Shown here: positions 51,320 through 64,000 of the stretch, piece by piece
How positions within the stretch are numbered: position 1 is the first letter of the stretch
Layout: every line of letters begins with the position of its first letter
Assembly: GCA_013265495.1 (NCBI GenBank)
Contig: MU058384.1
Coordinates: 3,323,010-3,387,009, forward strand
DNA: 64,000 nucleotides
Reading direction: 5' to 3'
Origin: Vicugna vicugna
Lineage: Eukaryota
Position numbers and translations under genes: made by a program
The notes under the pieces: model-generated
The model's database searches: none
Told to the model about the DNA's origin: nothing
What the model saw: the letters and a program-made list of their open reading frames with translations, nothing else

Positions 51320-51550
51320 CAAAACATTGGCTAACATCACGGCCTTTGACATCAGATAGACCTAGATTTGAGTATAGTAAGTGTCAAGCATTAATTACCT
51401 GCAGACAAGTTGTTTAATTTGGCCTCGGTTTCCTCATCTTCAAAGAGAGGATTATTATATCCACTTAGCAAGATTACAGTGAGAATGATACTCACTAAAG
51501 CAAGTGCCTGGAACATATGCTGTACTTTCTGAATGGTAGCTCTTGCTACA
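51320..51550 (+). mobile_element. MIR SINE
   Basis: ctttgacatcagatagacctagatttga...gcctcggtttcctcatcttcaaa...gtgcctggaacata. Confidence 0.75.
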
Positions 51551-52789
51551 TTATTAATCTTTGTGACAGAGACTTCTAGAAAGGTGCAGAAACCTTAATT
51601 CTAAGGTAAGAATGGCAAGGACTATTTCTTACATCAATGTTCAAGACTGACAGAGATAGCAATATTAAGTTACATTACTACAAGCAATTTAACAAAAGCT
51701 ACACTAATTCAGACCAGATAGTTTAATTTCTGGTGATCTAACCTGATGAAGTGCTAGAACTGAAGTCTTCCAAAGGATAAAGAGTTAATATTTTACTTAA
51801 ACTGTTGTCAAATATGATACCTCAATAGCACTTTTGGGGGGATTTAATTAGACAGAGGTTTCTGGTGAGTTCATTCAATATACAAATATTCTTTGGACAC
51901 AAATCTTTGTTGTTAACTGAAACTAGCTTAGTGGATTTAAGGTACCAGAGGTGTACATAGCAAACCCTAATTTGGAAATTATGGAGAATGTTTTGCTTGC
52001 CAAATAGACGAGGACTTGTTTCACTCTTGCAAGGAGGTGGAAAACAAGGGTAGTGAAAATTAACTCACCCAGAGCATTTCTCCTTTTTCTTTCTACAGTA
52101 TTACCAAGAAAGGCGTGTGAATTTTATTTAAAACAGGGTGAGAGAATTTTTGTCACACAATCAAAACTTCTGCATTCAATTTTGCAAGCTCCCTCACAGG
52201 CAACTGGTGGCATTTTGGTCAAAATTGAGAAGTTAAAATATTTTTGAAATGACAAACTTCAAACTACAACCAAATATGTTAAAGCCTATAAACTGTGTGG
52301 GTTTTGATCAATAAGTTTGATCCCTTTAAATAGATTTTTAGTTACTACTGTAATTAGGACTTTTTCTCTGATTGTACTTCATATTTTCAATTGCCCATAC
52401 TTTCTTTTTGTTTCTTTTCCTTTTGTATTTTCTACTGGATAGTTCACACTTCTCTATCTTGAGATTTACTTATTTTTGTCAATCCAGTGAGCACCACTTA
52501 CTTACTAAGATGCATATTTGTGCTTATGTTTATTATGTTTATTTTTTTCCCTTTCAGATTTCCTTGTCAAGATCTATTTGTTCCCCTTAATTGAGGCAGT
52601 CTTATCTCCTTCTGGTTCTATTCATCACATCTGATGACTTCTCACCACATTTGTTTTATCTAACATTTGTGTTCAGGATTGCTAGAGATATACTTGGACA
52701 GGGGTATTAGGTTGGGGGGCTTTGTTGCTTTATTTTAGGACGTCAGGTATATTTAATTGGATTAAATCATGACACATTCTCATCAATCT

Positions 52790-55625
52790 ATATTACCCTC
52801 CTTAATTTTTTAAAATTTATACATAAAGTTTTAAAGAATATAATGAATACCCATGAACCTATCACCCACAAATGAGAACATTACAAATAATCTACATCTT
52901 CTGTTTTCTCTTCTTTTGTCTTATACCCCTCTTCCCTCAGGCGGAATAGTCATTCTGAATTTTACATGCATGTTTCCCTTTATTTTACAATAAATATATA
53001 TGAGCTAAAAATACGCAGATACATAAATACTCTACTATGCAATTTTATGTGCTTTTAAACTTTATAAAAAAGAATATTTATATTATGTGTTGTCTTTTTG
53101 GCTTTGAACTGTTGATTCATTTCCCTTGTAATATACTATTCTATTATGAACATGTGACATAGTTTATTTATCCATTGTCTGGTATGTGAGCATTTGAGTT
53201 GTTTACAAATTATTTGCTATAATAACCCAAGCTTCTATTAATATTTTTCTGCTTCTCTCCTGATTCATTGGTGCAGAAGTTTCTCATGTGCATGTAACTA
53301 GAGTGAAATGGCTGGGGCATAGGCTGTACAACTGTTTAACTTTGTATGATAAAGTTATACTGCTTTTCAAAACATCACAAAAAAAAACTTAATGTAACAA
53401 TAATTACAGTAAATGAAAGCAAACTAAATTCACTTATCAAAAGATAGACTATCTCAAATTTAAGAAAAGCCAAGGAGGAAAATTGTGAACACAAGCGAGT
53501 AAAGGGAAGAAAAAAATAAGGAAGGAAACAATAAGGATATATTTAGAAATAAATGAAATAGAGCAAAAAGCAATGATAAAATATTAAAATTTAAAAAAAA
53601 ATTTGAATAAATTCCTAAGTTAACATCCTAAAAAAGACTTTTGGGAAAACTTCTGCACAGGCTCCTAGAAGACCTGACAAAGAATGTACCTTGCAGCTCT
53701 GCTGACGGTGTCACAGAACTAGAGGCAGCACAGGTGTCCGTTCCTGGTGGGACAGATGGATGAAGTGTGTTGGGTGTGCAGGACGGAATGTCATGCAGCA
53801 GGGGCCACATGGATGAATCTCAAATATCCAGTACCTATTTATTATTTTTAAAAATCTCAGAACATTAAGAATAGAGAGAATTTCCTTAAGTGATGAAAGA
53901 TCACCTAGGAAAAATCCTTTAAAAAAATACCCTACTTAATGGAGAAACTTTGTATGCTTCTATTTTATCATCAGGAGCCAGACCTTCTATCACAGCTCTA
54001 TTTGATTCGGTACTGAAAGCCTTGGCCAACATACATAAATAAGGAACGAAGTTTTAATGATTAGAAGGGAAAAGGCAAAACTGTCATTATTTGCAACTGA
54101 TTTCAACTAGCAAAAATAAAAACATACAGAATCAAGAGGTGAACTCCAGAAAATAACGAAGGGATTTAGCAAGATTGCCAGAAACAAGGTCAATTTACAT
54201 TTCTCTATGCCAGCAATGACCAAAGAGAAGTACGATTGAAAATATCAGAGCGATAAAAATAGCAAAGGAAGTGTTTTTTTGGAGAAAATTTTAAAACCCT
54301 ATTAAAGGACACCACAGATAAGCAATTTAACATTATTAAGATGTAATTTCTTCTCAAACTGACTGAATGCCATTTCAATAAAAGTTCCAAGTGAATTTTC
54401 TTTTTGAGGAATACAGAAAACAGATTTCAAAAAAAATATGAAAAATTAAAAATTATGTATATCTAAAATAATTTTGAAAAAGAATAGCAAAGTGAGGGGT
54501 TTCCTGTTAATAGGTATTAAGCATACTGCAAAGCCATGGTAAAACTTTTTAAAAATATCATAGCAACAGAATAGAAAGCTTGGAAGCAGTCCTTTCTATA
54601 CATTCACATGTAACCAGTAAATGATAGATTGTTCAGTAGATGATCTGGTAAAATTAGCTTACTACAAAGAGAAAAATAGATTTCTACTTCACATCATACA
54701 TTAGGGTTAACACTACATGTTTTAAAGAACTGAATATACAAGGAAAACTATAAAGGTAACAGAAGAAATGTAGAATATTTTTGCAGACTTAAAATGGGAA
54801 GGGATATTTTAAATGAGACCCAAATACTACAAGTCATAAGGTTAAAAAAATGGTAGATTAATTTATACCGAAATTAAGGATTTCTTTCCAACAAGATAAC
54901 TTCATTGGTGACAGATGGAGAGAAAATATTTGTGATACCTAATATCTAAAAAGTATTTATTTCTAGAACAGAGACATAAATCAACAGAAGACAGGAAACA
55001 ATAAAAAAAATGGACAAAGGATATGATACAATTTACAGAAGAGGAAATACAAAGATTAACGAGTATATAAATAGATACTCAACCCTACTATTAATTAGAG
55101 AAATGCAAACTAAAAAGATTAAACTTTAGGTAAATTTAGGTAGACAAACTAAATATTAGATAGAGAATGCTTAGGTAATCGAAAAATGTTAAGTTTTAGT
55201 AAAAACGGGGAAATGAAAATGATTATGCACTCCAGGTGGGAATGTAGTGTTTCAGCAGCTCAGGAGCGCACACGGGTTGTCGTCATCAGCAGGTCCCATG
55301 AACAGGATTCCTACCCCTGGGTATATTCCCAGAGTGGCCTCCGCAGAGTTCCACAGACTGAGGCCTGCACACAGGAATTCCTCTACAGAGCAGGAAGCTA
55401 ACGGCATTACTGGAGGAACAGATGAGTAAAATCTGGTATAGGACTGTTAATGCAGTGGTCGGAAGGAACATGAATACAACCTTAGAAACAGAGTATTGAG
55501 TTTTAAAAGTAAGGAGAAAAATCATGGTAAATATTATTAAATTAAAGACATGTTTATATACAAGCGTCAAAGTATCTCTTGCAGGATATATATATCTCAA
55601 TACATCTATATTCATGTATTTAAAA
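52790..55625. mobile_element. Cluster of old, degenerate L1 (L1M/L1ME-like) fragments in both orientations
   Basis: Minus 3'-end piece ~52800-53350; plus ORF2-like pieces (aaaactgtcattatttgca, tttagcaagattgccagaaacaaggtcaat, aattagagaaatgcaaactaaaa). Confidence 0.65.
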
Positions 55626-55629
55626 AAAA

Positions 55630-56700
55630 ACCTCTAAGACCAGTGAATCAGAACCTAACTTCAGCCACTGCAATGAAGAATCATGCTCTCTCATCCAGCT
55701 CCCAGATTTGGGCCATTTATACAGGTAGAGTCCCTTGAATGTTAGAGTTCCCTTGAGGAAGGACCATTTATCATTGTCATAATTCTGTACCATAAATCTT
55801 TTTCCAAAATCTCCAACAAATAAACATGAGGTCCTTTATTAGGGTAACCAAGCACTGGGGAAAAGAAAACTCCCAGACTTTGGGGATATAATTAGACACT
55901 GGATTTCAGCTGACCCTAACCACTGTGGAACCAGAATCCTGCTCAGGTCCACCTGTCAGAGTGGAGCTTAGTGGTGGAGATCCAGGAGGCAGATGATAAT
56001 GAAGTCTTGGCCTGAATTGGCCTCAGTCTGCAAACTCAACTTGTGACTGTTTCTTCATTTCCTGGAAAAATTGTAATAAAAAATCCTTCAGTGATGGAAT
56101 TAGTGTTATTATGGTAGAAAAGACTAAGTGGGAACCCCTCTGACTGCCCCTTCTTTCCAAAATATCAAACAAAATAATAGCGCATCCATAAAGGAATCAC
56201 AGAGAACAGTGCTACCCACCCTCAAAGATGTGGACAACGTCGGGGTTGTAAGATGACTTCTATGATGTTCCCACTTAGTCCACTTGTCTGGCCCATGAAG
56301 GAGATGCATGTCTTGGGAATGACTGTTAATTACTGACTGTAAATGTAATTACAAGTTGGGCAACTCCAAGTTAATGTATTTTTACATGTCTGGTCTCTTT
56401 CCTGGAGCAAATCAAATCAACTCAGTCCCAGAAAATCATTGGGGACAGGGACCATCTTTCAGGACTTTCATATGAAGTGATAAATTTTGTGTCCAGAACA
56501 ACTCAATAGAAGTAGGACCACTGAGGTCTTAGACCTTTCAGGAATGTAGGTTTCAAAAACTCAACCAAGTAAAAAAATCATCTAACCATGTAGAAAATTC
56601 CAACCAGCTAAGCTGCTGGTTAGAGGCAGAGAGAGAATGAGTGAGTAGAGGATGGATTAAAGTATAACTGTCAACTAGCCTTGTGATAATTTGCAGAAAT
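55630..56700 (+). mobile_element. ERVL/MaLR internal-region remnant
   Basis: TTA GAC ACT GGA TTT CAG CTG ACC CTA (LDTGFQLTL) at 55892 resembles the retroviral protease active-site motif; flanked by ERVL-like cactggggaaaag and ggtccacctgtcagagtggag. Confidence 0.55.
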
Positions 56701-56865
56701 AAGTTAAAAGAGACTAATCAGTGTGTACAAGTCTCATAGTTGTACTAATTGCATGTCATCTCTGAGCATTAATTACCAGCCTACAGGTTTATCCTGAGCT
56801 GAAGATAATCGTATCTACTGTGCAGGGTTGTTTTCTGGACCAAAATCAATATGTAAGTATTTACT

Positions 56866-57812
56866 ACCTACAGGCTGGGAGAAAATATTTGCAAAAAAAT
56901 GCGATAAGGGCTTAATTTCCAAAATATACAAACAGCTCATACAACTTAATATCAAAAAAACAAACAACCCAATCAAAAAATGGGCAAAATACCTAAATAG
57001 ACATTTCCCCCAAAGAAAGAATGCAGATGGCCAACAGGCACATGAAAAGATGCACAACATCACTAATTATCAGAGAGATGCAAATCAAAACTACAATGAG
57101 GGATCACCTCACACAAGTCAGAATGGCCATCATTAAAAAATCCACAAAAGATAAATGCTGGAGCAGATGTGGAGAAAAGGGAACCTTCTACACTGTTGGT
57201 AGGAATGTAAATTGGTGCAGCCACTATGGAAAAGAGTATGGATATTCCTTAAAAAAATAAAAACAGACTTACCATCTGATCCAGCAATCCCACTTGTGGG
57301 CATATATCCAGAAAAATACAAAAAACTCTAATTCTAAAAGGTAAATGCACCCCAATGTTCATAGTAGCACTGTCTACAATATCAAAGACATAGAAGAAAC
57401 CTAATGTCCACCAACAGATAAATGGATAAAGAAGATGTGGTATATATGTGCGGAATATTACTTAGGAATAAAAAAGAATAAAATATTACCATTTGTAGTA
57501 ACATGGATGGACCTAGATATTATCATACTGAGTGAAGTCAGACAGAGAAAGACAAACATTATATGATATTATTTATATGTGAATCTGTAAAATAATTCAA
57601 ATGCACTTATTTAGAAAACAGAAATAGACTCACAGACATAGAAAACAAATGTGACTACCAAAGAGGAAGTAGGGGATAGATAAACTAGTGATATGGGATT
57701 AAGAGACACACATCACTATATATAAAGTAGATAAGCAACAAGGACCTACTGTATATAGCACAGGGAATTATTTTCAATATCTTGTCATAGCTTATAATGG
57801 AAAAGAATCTAA

Positions 57813-57850
<38 letters not shown>

Positions 57851-57925
57851 CTAATTGGATCACTTTGCTGTATAACTGAAACTAACATAATAGTGTAAAT
57901 AAATTACATTTCAAAGGAAAAGAAA
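56866..57925 (+). mobile_element. 5'-truncated L1 (ORF2 C-terminus and 3' UTR)
   Basis: ORFs 56828-57136 and 57021-57260 translate as frameshifted L1 ORF2 ([39 protein letters not shown]). Confidence 0.95.
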
Positions 57926-57984
57926 TATATATATATATATTTGACATTTAGTAGGTGTTCAGTACATGGTGGCCATCCTTTAGA

Positions 57985-58210
57985 GAAGCAGTAAGATTTA
58001 GTGTAAGGTGGTTAAGAGCAGAGACTTTGGGATCAGAACAGAGGTTGGAATCACAGATATTTATAGACCTGGGACATGATGGTTAAATTCTCAAATTCTT
58101 AAATTATTTCTTTGGCAAAATGGAGTTAGATATACTCTTCAATGGTTTTCTTTAAAATATTCAATTAGGTGGCATTTGACACTTGAAAGTACTAAAAAAT
58201 AGTAGCAGTT
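57985..58210 (+). mobile_element. MIR SINE
   Basis: gtggttaagagcagagactttgggatcagaacagaggttggaatc. Confidence 0.65.
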
Positions 58211-58749
58211 ATTTTTATGAGTTGGAGTCCAAGTTTCTCAAATCTAGTACCAGAAACCCCTGTAAGTAGATATGTTCAATGTAATGTGATAAATAGGGAG
58301 AATCACGTGTGTTTGATGACTAGGGTGCAATGAGAACATGGCAAAGTGAAGATAATGGTGATATTTAATCCAATCTGGTAGGCACAGTTAACAGAAATAA
58401 GTCCAGAATGGTAAAAGTAAATTTTCCTATGGTCCCAGACATAATTAAGGAAAAGATTGAGACCAAAATCCAGAACTTCTAACCCTTGCACCAATGTCTT
58501 TTATGTGATAACATGTTATATTTGTATGAGATATAAAATAAACATACCTTATTCAGCTTTCCTACACAGAATTCTCAGAAGCTAAGATGTGTCTATCACA
58601 TAATTATATCTTTTTGTGAGTAATAACCAAAATATATGAGTTTCTTGTTTGGAACCACTTACCTATTATTCAAATGCATCTTTTAAACATAATACAATAT
58701 AGTAAGACCCTTAATATCTATAGGAGTCATCAAGGAAGGAAAACACATT

Positions 58750-58950
58750 AATTCTTTCACTGAACAAATATTTTAATATCTCGTATGTGCCAGGCACTAT
58801 TCTAGGTGCTGAGAGTACAGAAGTTAATAAAAACACAAAGCTGGGCCGATGGGGCAGGGAGGGAAAGAAAGACAATAATAAACTCATTAGTAAAACATAA
58901 TACTATATCCATCTTTATGGTACTTATGATAAAATAAGCCAGTATGGGGA
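58750..58950. mobile_element. L2 3' end
   Basis: aacaaatattttaatatctcgtatgtgccaggcactattctaggtgctgagagtacag. Confidence 0.65.
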
Positions 58951-60809
58951 TAAGCCTTGTATATATTTTTTAAATATTGCCGTTTAAAAAGAAGCGCTTA
59001 CATATACTTCTTAAAAGTTAGAACTTGTTATAACTGTGTTTTCTGTCACTGCAACCTCTGAGAGGGGTGGCTGTGAAAAGATTCTTTAGTACACATTTGG
59101 AAAATAATAAAGCTGGAACTATGGTTGAAAGAAGAGAGAAAGCATTTCCTGATTAGTTAAGTAATTTCCACAGGGCTTATCCAAGTAACTGTAAAGCCCT
59201 CATAGAAAGGTACAATCTGGGAGGGAGGGGAAAAAAATCTCTATGAAAAGGAATGAGAAACTCTGAGAACTATCTTGAGGAAAGGCTGGAAAAATTGGCA
59301 AGAATTTTAATACTCAGCAGTCAGAAAGTTCCAAGAAAAATGTTAGGGATTTTGATCTGCAAATTAAGTTGAACTCTCAAAGCCCTGAAACTGGGCAAAA
59401 CGTGAAAGAGTTTGTGACATCTGGAAACCAAAGAATCATTTTTTCAATGAAGAATGAATGATTAACCAGTGTTATGAAACAGAGAAGATCATGTTCATTA
59501 TATTTAAGCACCTATATTCCTTTGATTCTTGTATTAATTATATTTTTCAGTCAGGGACCAACAATTATGCTCATGCCTAAAGCTTCATGATTTCCCTAGA
59601 AGCACATAAAGGGAAAAAGGCAGAGTTCATATCTGAATCTTAGCTCTAATACGATGTCTCCTCATTTAGACCACAAACCAAGGCTCAATTAATTCTGACA
59701 CATCCTTATTTCAACATCTGCATATTTCCAGCACTGAGCTGGGCAATTCTAGCGAACACACAATGACAGCAATTGTCACAGCCTGTCAAGACAATCCACG
59801 GGCAAAAAGAACTTCCAAGAAGCCAACACAGTTCTCTGGTTTGTTCCCTCACATATTTGACTAATGCACACTAGATGCTGTGAGAATAAACAAGTCCCAC
59901 ATTGTCGTCTCCAGCTGGATGCAAAGCTCTTTCATGGCTGGTTAGCTTCCCTTTCTGTAGCTACAGTCTTTGTCTCACATCCCAGTTAGCCTCTCCTAAT
60001 GGCGATCGGTTTTCACAAGAAGTATTAACAGAAAGCTTGGGTTCGAAACATTCTTTTTTGTTTAACCATGATCAGAAAAACAACCCATGTCCTAGGGATA
60101 ATGAGTCAGTAATTAAGACTTTTTTAGTGGCCAAAACAATATTTATGTGGGACATCTTTCCAAAATCTAAACCTCATGGCTTCCGGAATAAAAAGGTTAA
60201 GGGAGTTTGAATTAGAGCGTGTATAACCTCTCTTTCTCAATACCCATGGCTAATTAAAAAATCAAAAAGTTTCTCCCTAAATGGGCTTCTTTATCAAATT
60301 ATAGATAATAAAACCATCTTCCAGTGTTTAATAAAGGAACATCCAGTGCAAGGAGTAGAAGCCTCACTTTAGAGGCAAAATATAGGCGACAAGAAATACT
60401 GCATGCTCTACTCTCTACAATCAGAAGAATGAATGGACTGCCAACCAAAAGCCTTTCCCCTTCTACTCTAAACAGAAAGAACAGCTGAACAGCAATTCAG
60501 AAACATGAGAGTTCTTCTCAATACCCAGAAATTCCCATTTTTAAGCCATGTTTTAGATTATTCAGAAATATTCAATTCCTTGTAACAACCAGAAATTTTT
60601 TAAGTGGTCCGCATAAATAAAGTACATTGTGCAACTTCCCTCCACCAAACCACAAACTGTCACAGCATAAGCAGTCATATCATTAAAAGAGCAGCTGAAA
60701 ATTGTAGCTCCAAAGTTGGGATCAGGGAAAAGAGACAATTTTTTCTTTGAAATGTAGCTTTGTGTGTTTTTTGATGTGGAATACCTTTTTCTGTAAGTTA
60801 CAGAAATAA

Positions 60810-60972
60810 TAAATAACTGTTATTAGGGCTTACTGTGTGCAAGATGCTGTACTACTTTAGGTGGGTTACTTCATTTATTCTTTGCACAATTCTATGAAAA
60901 AGATATGTCGTTATTATTATTATCCCCCTGAAGAAAATGAGGCTTAAAGAGTAGGCGACTTGGCCCAGGGTG
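60810..60972 (-). mobile_element. MIR SINE
   Basis: gcttactgtgtgcaagatgctgtact...gaagaaaatgaggcttaaagag...gacttggcccaggg. Confidence 0.65.
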
Positions 60973-61882
60973 GTGTGTGTATACATACATATATACATAC
61001 ATATATATATATGTATGTATGTATATATATATACACACCATATCTTCTTTATCCAATAATCATCTGTTAATGAACATTTAGATTGCTTCCATGTCTTGGC
61101 TACTATAAATGTTGCTGCTATGAATATTGGGGTGCATGTATCTTTAAGAATTAGAGTTTTTTTATCTTTCCCAGATACATGTCCAGGAGTGGGATTGCTG
61201 GATCATATGGTAACTCTGTTTCTAGTTTTTCAAGGAATCTTTATACTCTTTTCCATAGTGGCTGCACCAATTTACATTCCCACTAACATTGTAGGAGGGT
61301 TCCCTTTTCTCCACATTCTCTCCAGCATTTACTATTTGTAGACTTTTCAGTGATGGCCATTCTGACTGGTGTGAGGTGGTACCTCATTGTAGTTTTGATT
61401 TGCATTTCTCTAATAATTAGTGATGTTGTGCATATTTTCATGTGCCTGTTGGCTATCTGTATGTCTTCCTTGGAGAATGTCTATTTAGGTCTTCTGCTCA
61501 TTTTTCAATCGGGCTGGGTTTTTTTATATTAAGTTGCATAAGCTATTCACATATTTTGAAAATACGTCCTTGTTGGTTGCATAATTTGCAAGTATTTTCT
61601 CCCATTTCATAGGTTGTCTTTTCACCTTTGAAAATGGTTTCTTTTGCTGTACAAAAACTTTTAAATCTAATTAGGTCTCATTTGTTTATTTTTGTTTTTG
61701 TTCCCATTACTCTAGAAGACGGTTCCAAAAAATATATTGCAGTGATTGATGTCAAAGAATGTTCTCCCTATGTTTTCCCCTAGGAATTTTATAATATCTG
61801 GTCTTACACTTAGGTCTTTAATCCACTCTGAGTTTATTTTTGTATTTGATGTTAGAAGGTGTTCTAATTTCATCCTTTTACT
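60973..61882 (-). mobile_element. L1 ORF2 C-terminal fragment starting at a (TA)/(CATA) microsatellite
   Basis: Antisense ORF2 (gatggccattctgactggtgtgaggtggtacctcattgtagttttgatttgcatttctct); ORF 61712-62011 contains [24 protein letters not shown]. Confidence 0.93.
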
Positions 61883-62019
61883 ACATTGGAACAATACATA
61901 TAGTTGTCCAGTTTGCCACAATTTGATGGATTTTCTTAATCTACAAGGAAGTGTGGGAAATTGAAAAATTCCAATGCTCATTAAATTGGTCAAAGGACTG
62001 ATGTTTTCCAATAAAATAC

Positions 62020-62745
62020 AAGCTCACACACCTAGTAGAATGGTTAAAGTAAAACTAAAACAAAACAAAAACAAACACAATCTTACAGCACCAAATATTG
62101 ACAAGGGCAAAGAACAGCTGGAACACTCATGCACTGCCTGTGGGAATACAAAACAATTTGGCTACTTTGGAAAATGGTTTGGCAGTTCCTTATAAAGTTA
62201 AATATCCACTCCTAGGTATTTACCCAAAAGCAACTAAAATACATATCCACACACAAAAAGCCCATAAGTGAATATTTATAGCAGTTTTATTCATAATCAC
62301 CCCAAACTGGAAACAACCCGAATGGCCATCAAATGGTGAACAGATAAACAAACTGTTGGACATCCATAAAATGGAATCTTACTCAGGAATAAAAAGAACA
62401 AACTTCTGGTGCGTGCAACAACATGGATGAGTCCCAAAGGCATTATGCTAAGTAGAAAAAGCCAGACACAAAAGTCTACATAATTGATTCCATTTATATG
62501 GCATTCAGGGAAATGTTAGAGACAGAAAACAGTTCAGTGTTTACCAGGGGCTGGTGGTGGTTGGAGGGTCTGAATACAAAGAAGCCTGAGGGAACTTTTT
62601 TCAATGATAGAAAATATACTGTAACTTGATTGTGCTGGTAATTATATGAGTGTATAGATTTAGCAAACCAATAGAATTGCACACCTCAAAATGGGAAATT
62701 TTACTGTATGTAAATAATATATCAATAAACTTGATTTTAGAAAGA
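62020..62745 (+). mobile_element. Old L1 3' end (L1ME/L1MB-like)
   Basis: actttggaaaatggtttggcagttccttataaagttaaa...ccactcctaggtatttaccc...ccaaactggaaacaacccgaatg. Confidence 0.85.
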
Positions 62746-62819
62746 AAGTTTCATGAGTGTAAGTACTTTGTTTTATTTGCTGCTTTATCCTTAGCATCTT
62801 GCACATAGTAAGTACTTAC

Positions 62820-62978
62820 AGAAAGGAAGGAATATAAGAATGAGAGAATGAAGGAAGGAAGGAGGGAAGATGGAAGGAAAGAAGGGAGGGATGGAGGGAG
62901 GAGGGAAAGAAGGAAGAAATGAAGAAAGGAAAGCAAAGAGAAAGAAAGGACAGAAAGAGAAAGAGGGAAAAAAGGAAG
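62820..62978 (+). repeat. (GGAA)n-like purine-rich tract
   Basis: gaaggaaggaaggagggaagatggaaggaaagaagggaggg... Confidence 0.85.
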
Positions 62979-63682
62979 ATCTAACCCTAGATTTTAGGCT
63001 GAACATTCTTCAGATTTTCTAATATAAAAATTCTGGAAATAGTAGCTGGTCTTAGAGCCCTAATTTATTAAACATTTGATTTCAAATTTCTTTTATAGTT
63101 TGGAGCAGAGAAGAAAGGTTTATGTCTTAGAATCTGTGGCCCATATATCCCTCTTCCCAATTTCTGAAACACAACAAAGATTAAGAAACCATATACACTT
63201 CTGGTTGAGAGAATACAGATACAAAATAAAAGAAGAAAACTCACAATTCAATACGTTTTTTAATTGATTGGGAGTCTAAAAGAACGTAGAACAAGTTAAC
63301 CTTTGCATATAACTGCAGAATTTTCTATTCAAACTGCTTAAGCTAGGAGTCAAAATTGGTCATTCAAAGTTAGATTTCTCTACACAGAATTATCAAAACA
63401 AACATAACTGAATTCCAGGAGCAAGAAATAAAATCTTAAAGAGAATTGTCTTTAATTAATTAGTGTGCTCCGTGTCAAGCTTCTGCTATATTAAGTTAAA
63501 GTGCAAAAGAAGAGTCTGTGTAGTCCCAAGGTATAATGTACAGAGGATGCTTCAATTAGCACAAGCTTAAAGACTAACAGTAGTCAAGTCTTCATAAAAC
63601 TATGCTCAAACATAACATTGTTCGATTCATCTGTTTTCTCAGTAGAGAATTTCATTCATTTCACCATGGCAAGTAACTAAGC

Positions 63683-63717
63683 TAAAAAAAACAAAAAACA
63701 AAAAACAAAAACAAACA
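63683..63717 (+). repeat. (CAAAAAA)n A-rich repeat
   Basis: aaaaaaaacaaaaaacaaaaaacaaaaacaaac. Confidence 0.8.
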
Positions 63718-64000
63718 GTTCAGACCTTAACGCTAACTAATCCTCCAGATGCTCACAGATAATACTGGAACACAGAAAAGCATTTAAAGGCTGGCAAGAA
63801 AACATTTCAGGAACATTTCATGCAGAGAAGAATTACGCTATGAACATGACTCATCTATGTGTTTCTACTGGTGAGAAAACATATTGCTTTTCCTTCCTGT
63901 CAAAGAGGCAAAGTCACCTTTCACAACCCTCCCTTGCAAATGGGTATAATGCTAGCAGAGGATGAGAACAGCCAAGCAGAAATGGAAGAAAGGAGTGATG

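Noticed and set aside
56828..57260. ORFs with clear protein similarity
   Set aside because: Frameshifted L1 ORF2 remnants, not host genes.
1..64000. Novel operon-like or defence system
   Set aside because: Eukaryotic intronic/intergenic DNA with no gene-dense region, intact transposase/RT ORF, or regular array.

Overview
Mammalian nuclear DNA, not prokaryotic: AT-rich, CpG-depleted, no CpG island, heavily covered by interspersed repeats. A tRNA-derived SINE resembling the camelid Vic-1 type (~42135-42233) and cetartiodactyl-type L1 3' tails suggest a camelid (alpaca/llama/camel). No long ORF is a credible protein; most ORFs in the track look like repeat-derived or chance frames. The left half (1-~31.3 kb) has a colinear series of minus-strand GT-AG exon candidates, mostly non-coding in appearance. 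These end in an exon starting at 255 that carries stacked uORFs and a strong-Kozak ATG at 11 running off the window edge. The best reading is the multi-exon, multi-promoter 5' leader of a gene whose CDS lies left of the window (gene not identified; a lncRNA cannot be excluded). The right half (~32-64 kb) is transposon-rich upstream or intergenic DNA (L1, L2, MIR, MER/Tigger, MaLR, ERV solo LTRs, some with intact TSDs). I found no evidence for a novel biological system. Repeat family names come from recall of consensus sequences, not a database search, and their boundaries are approximate.
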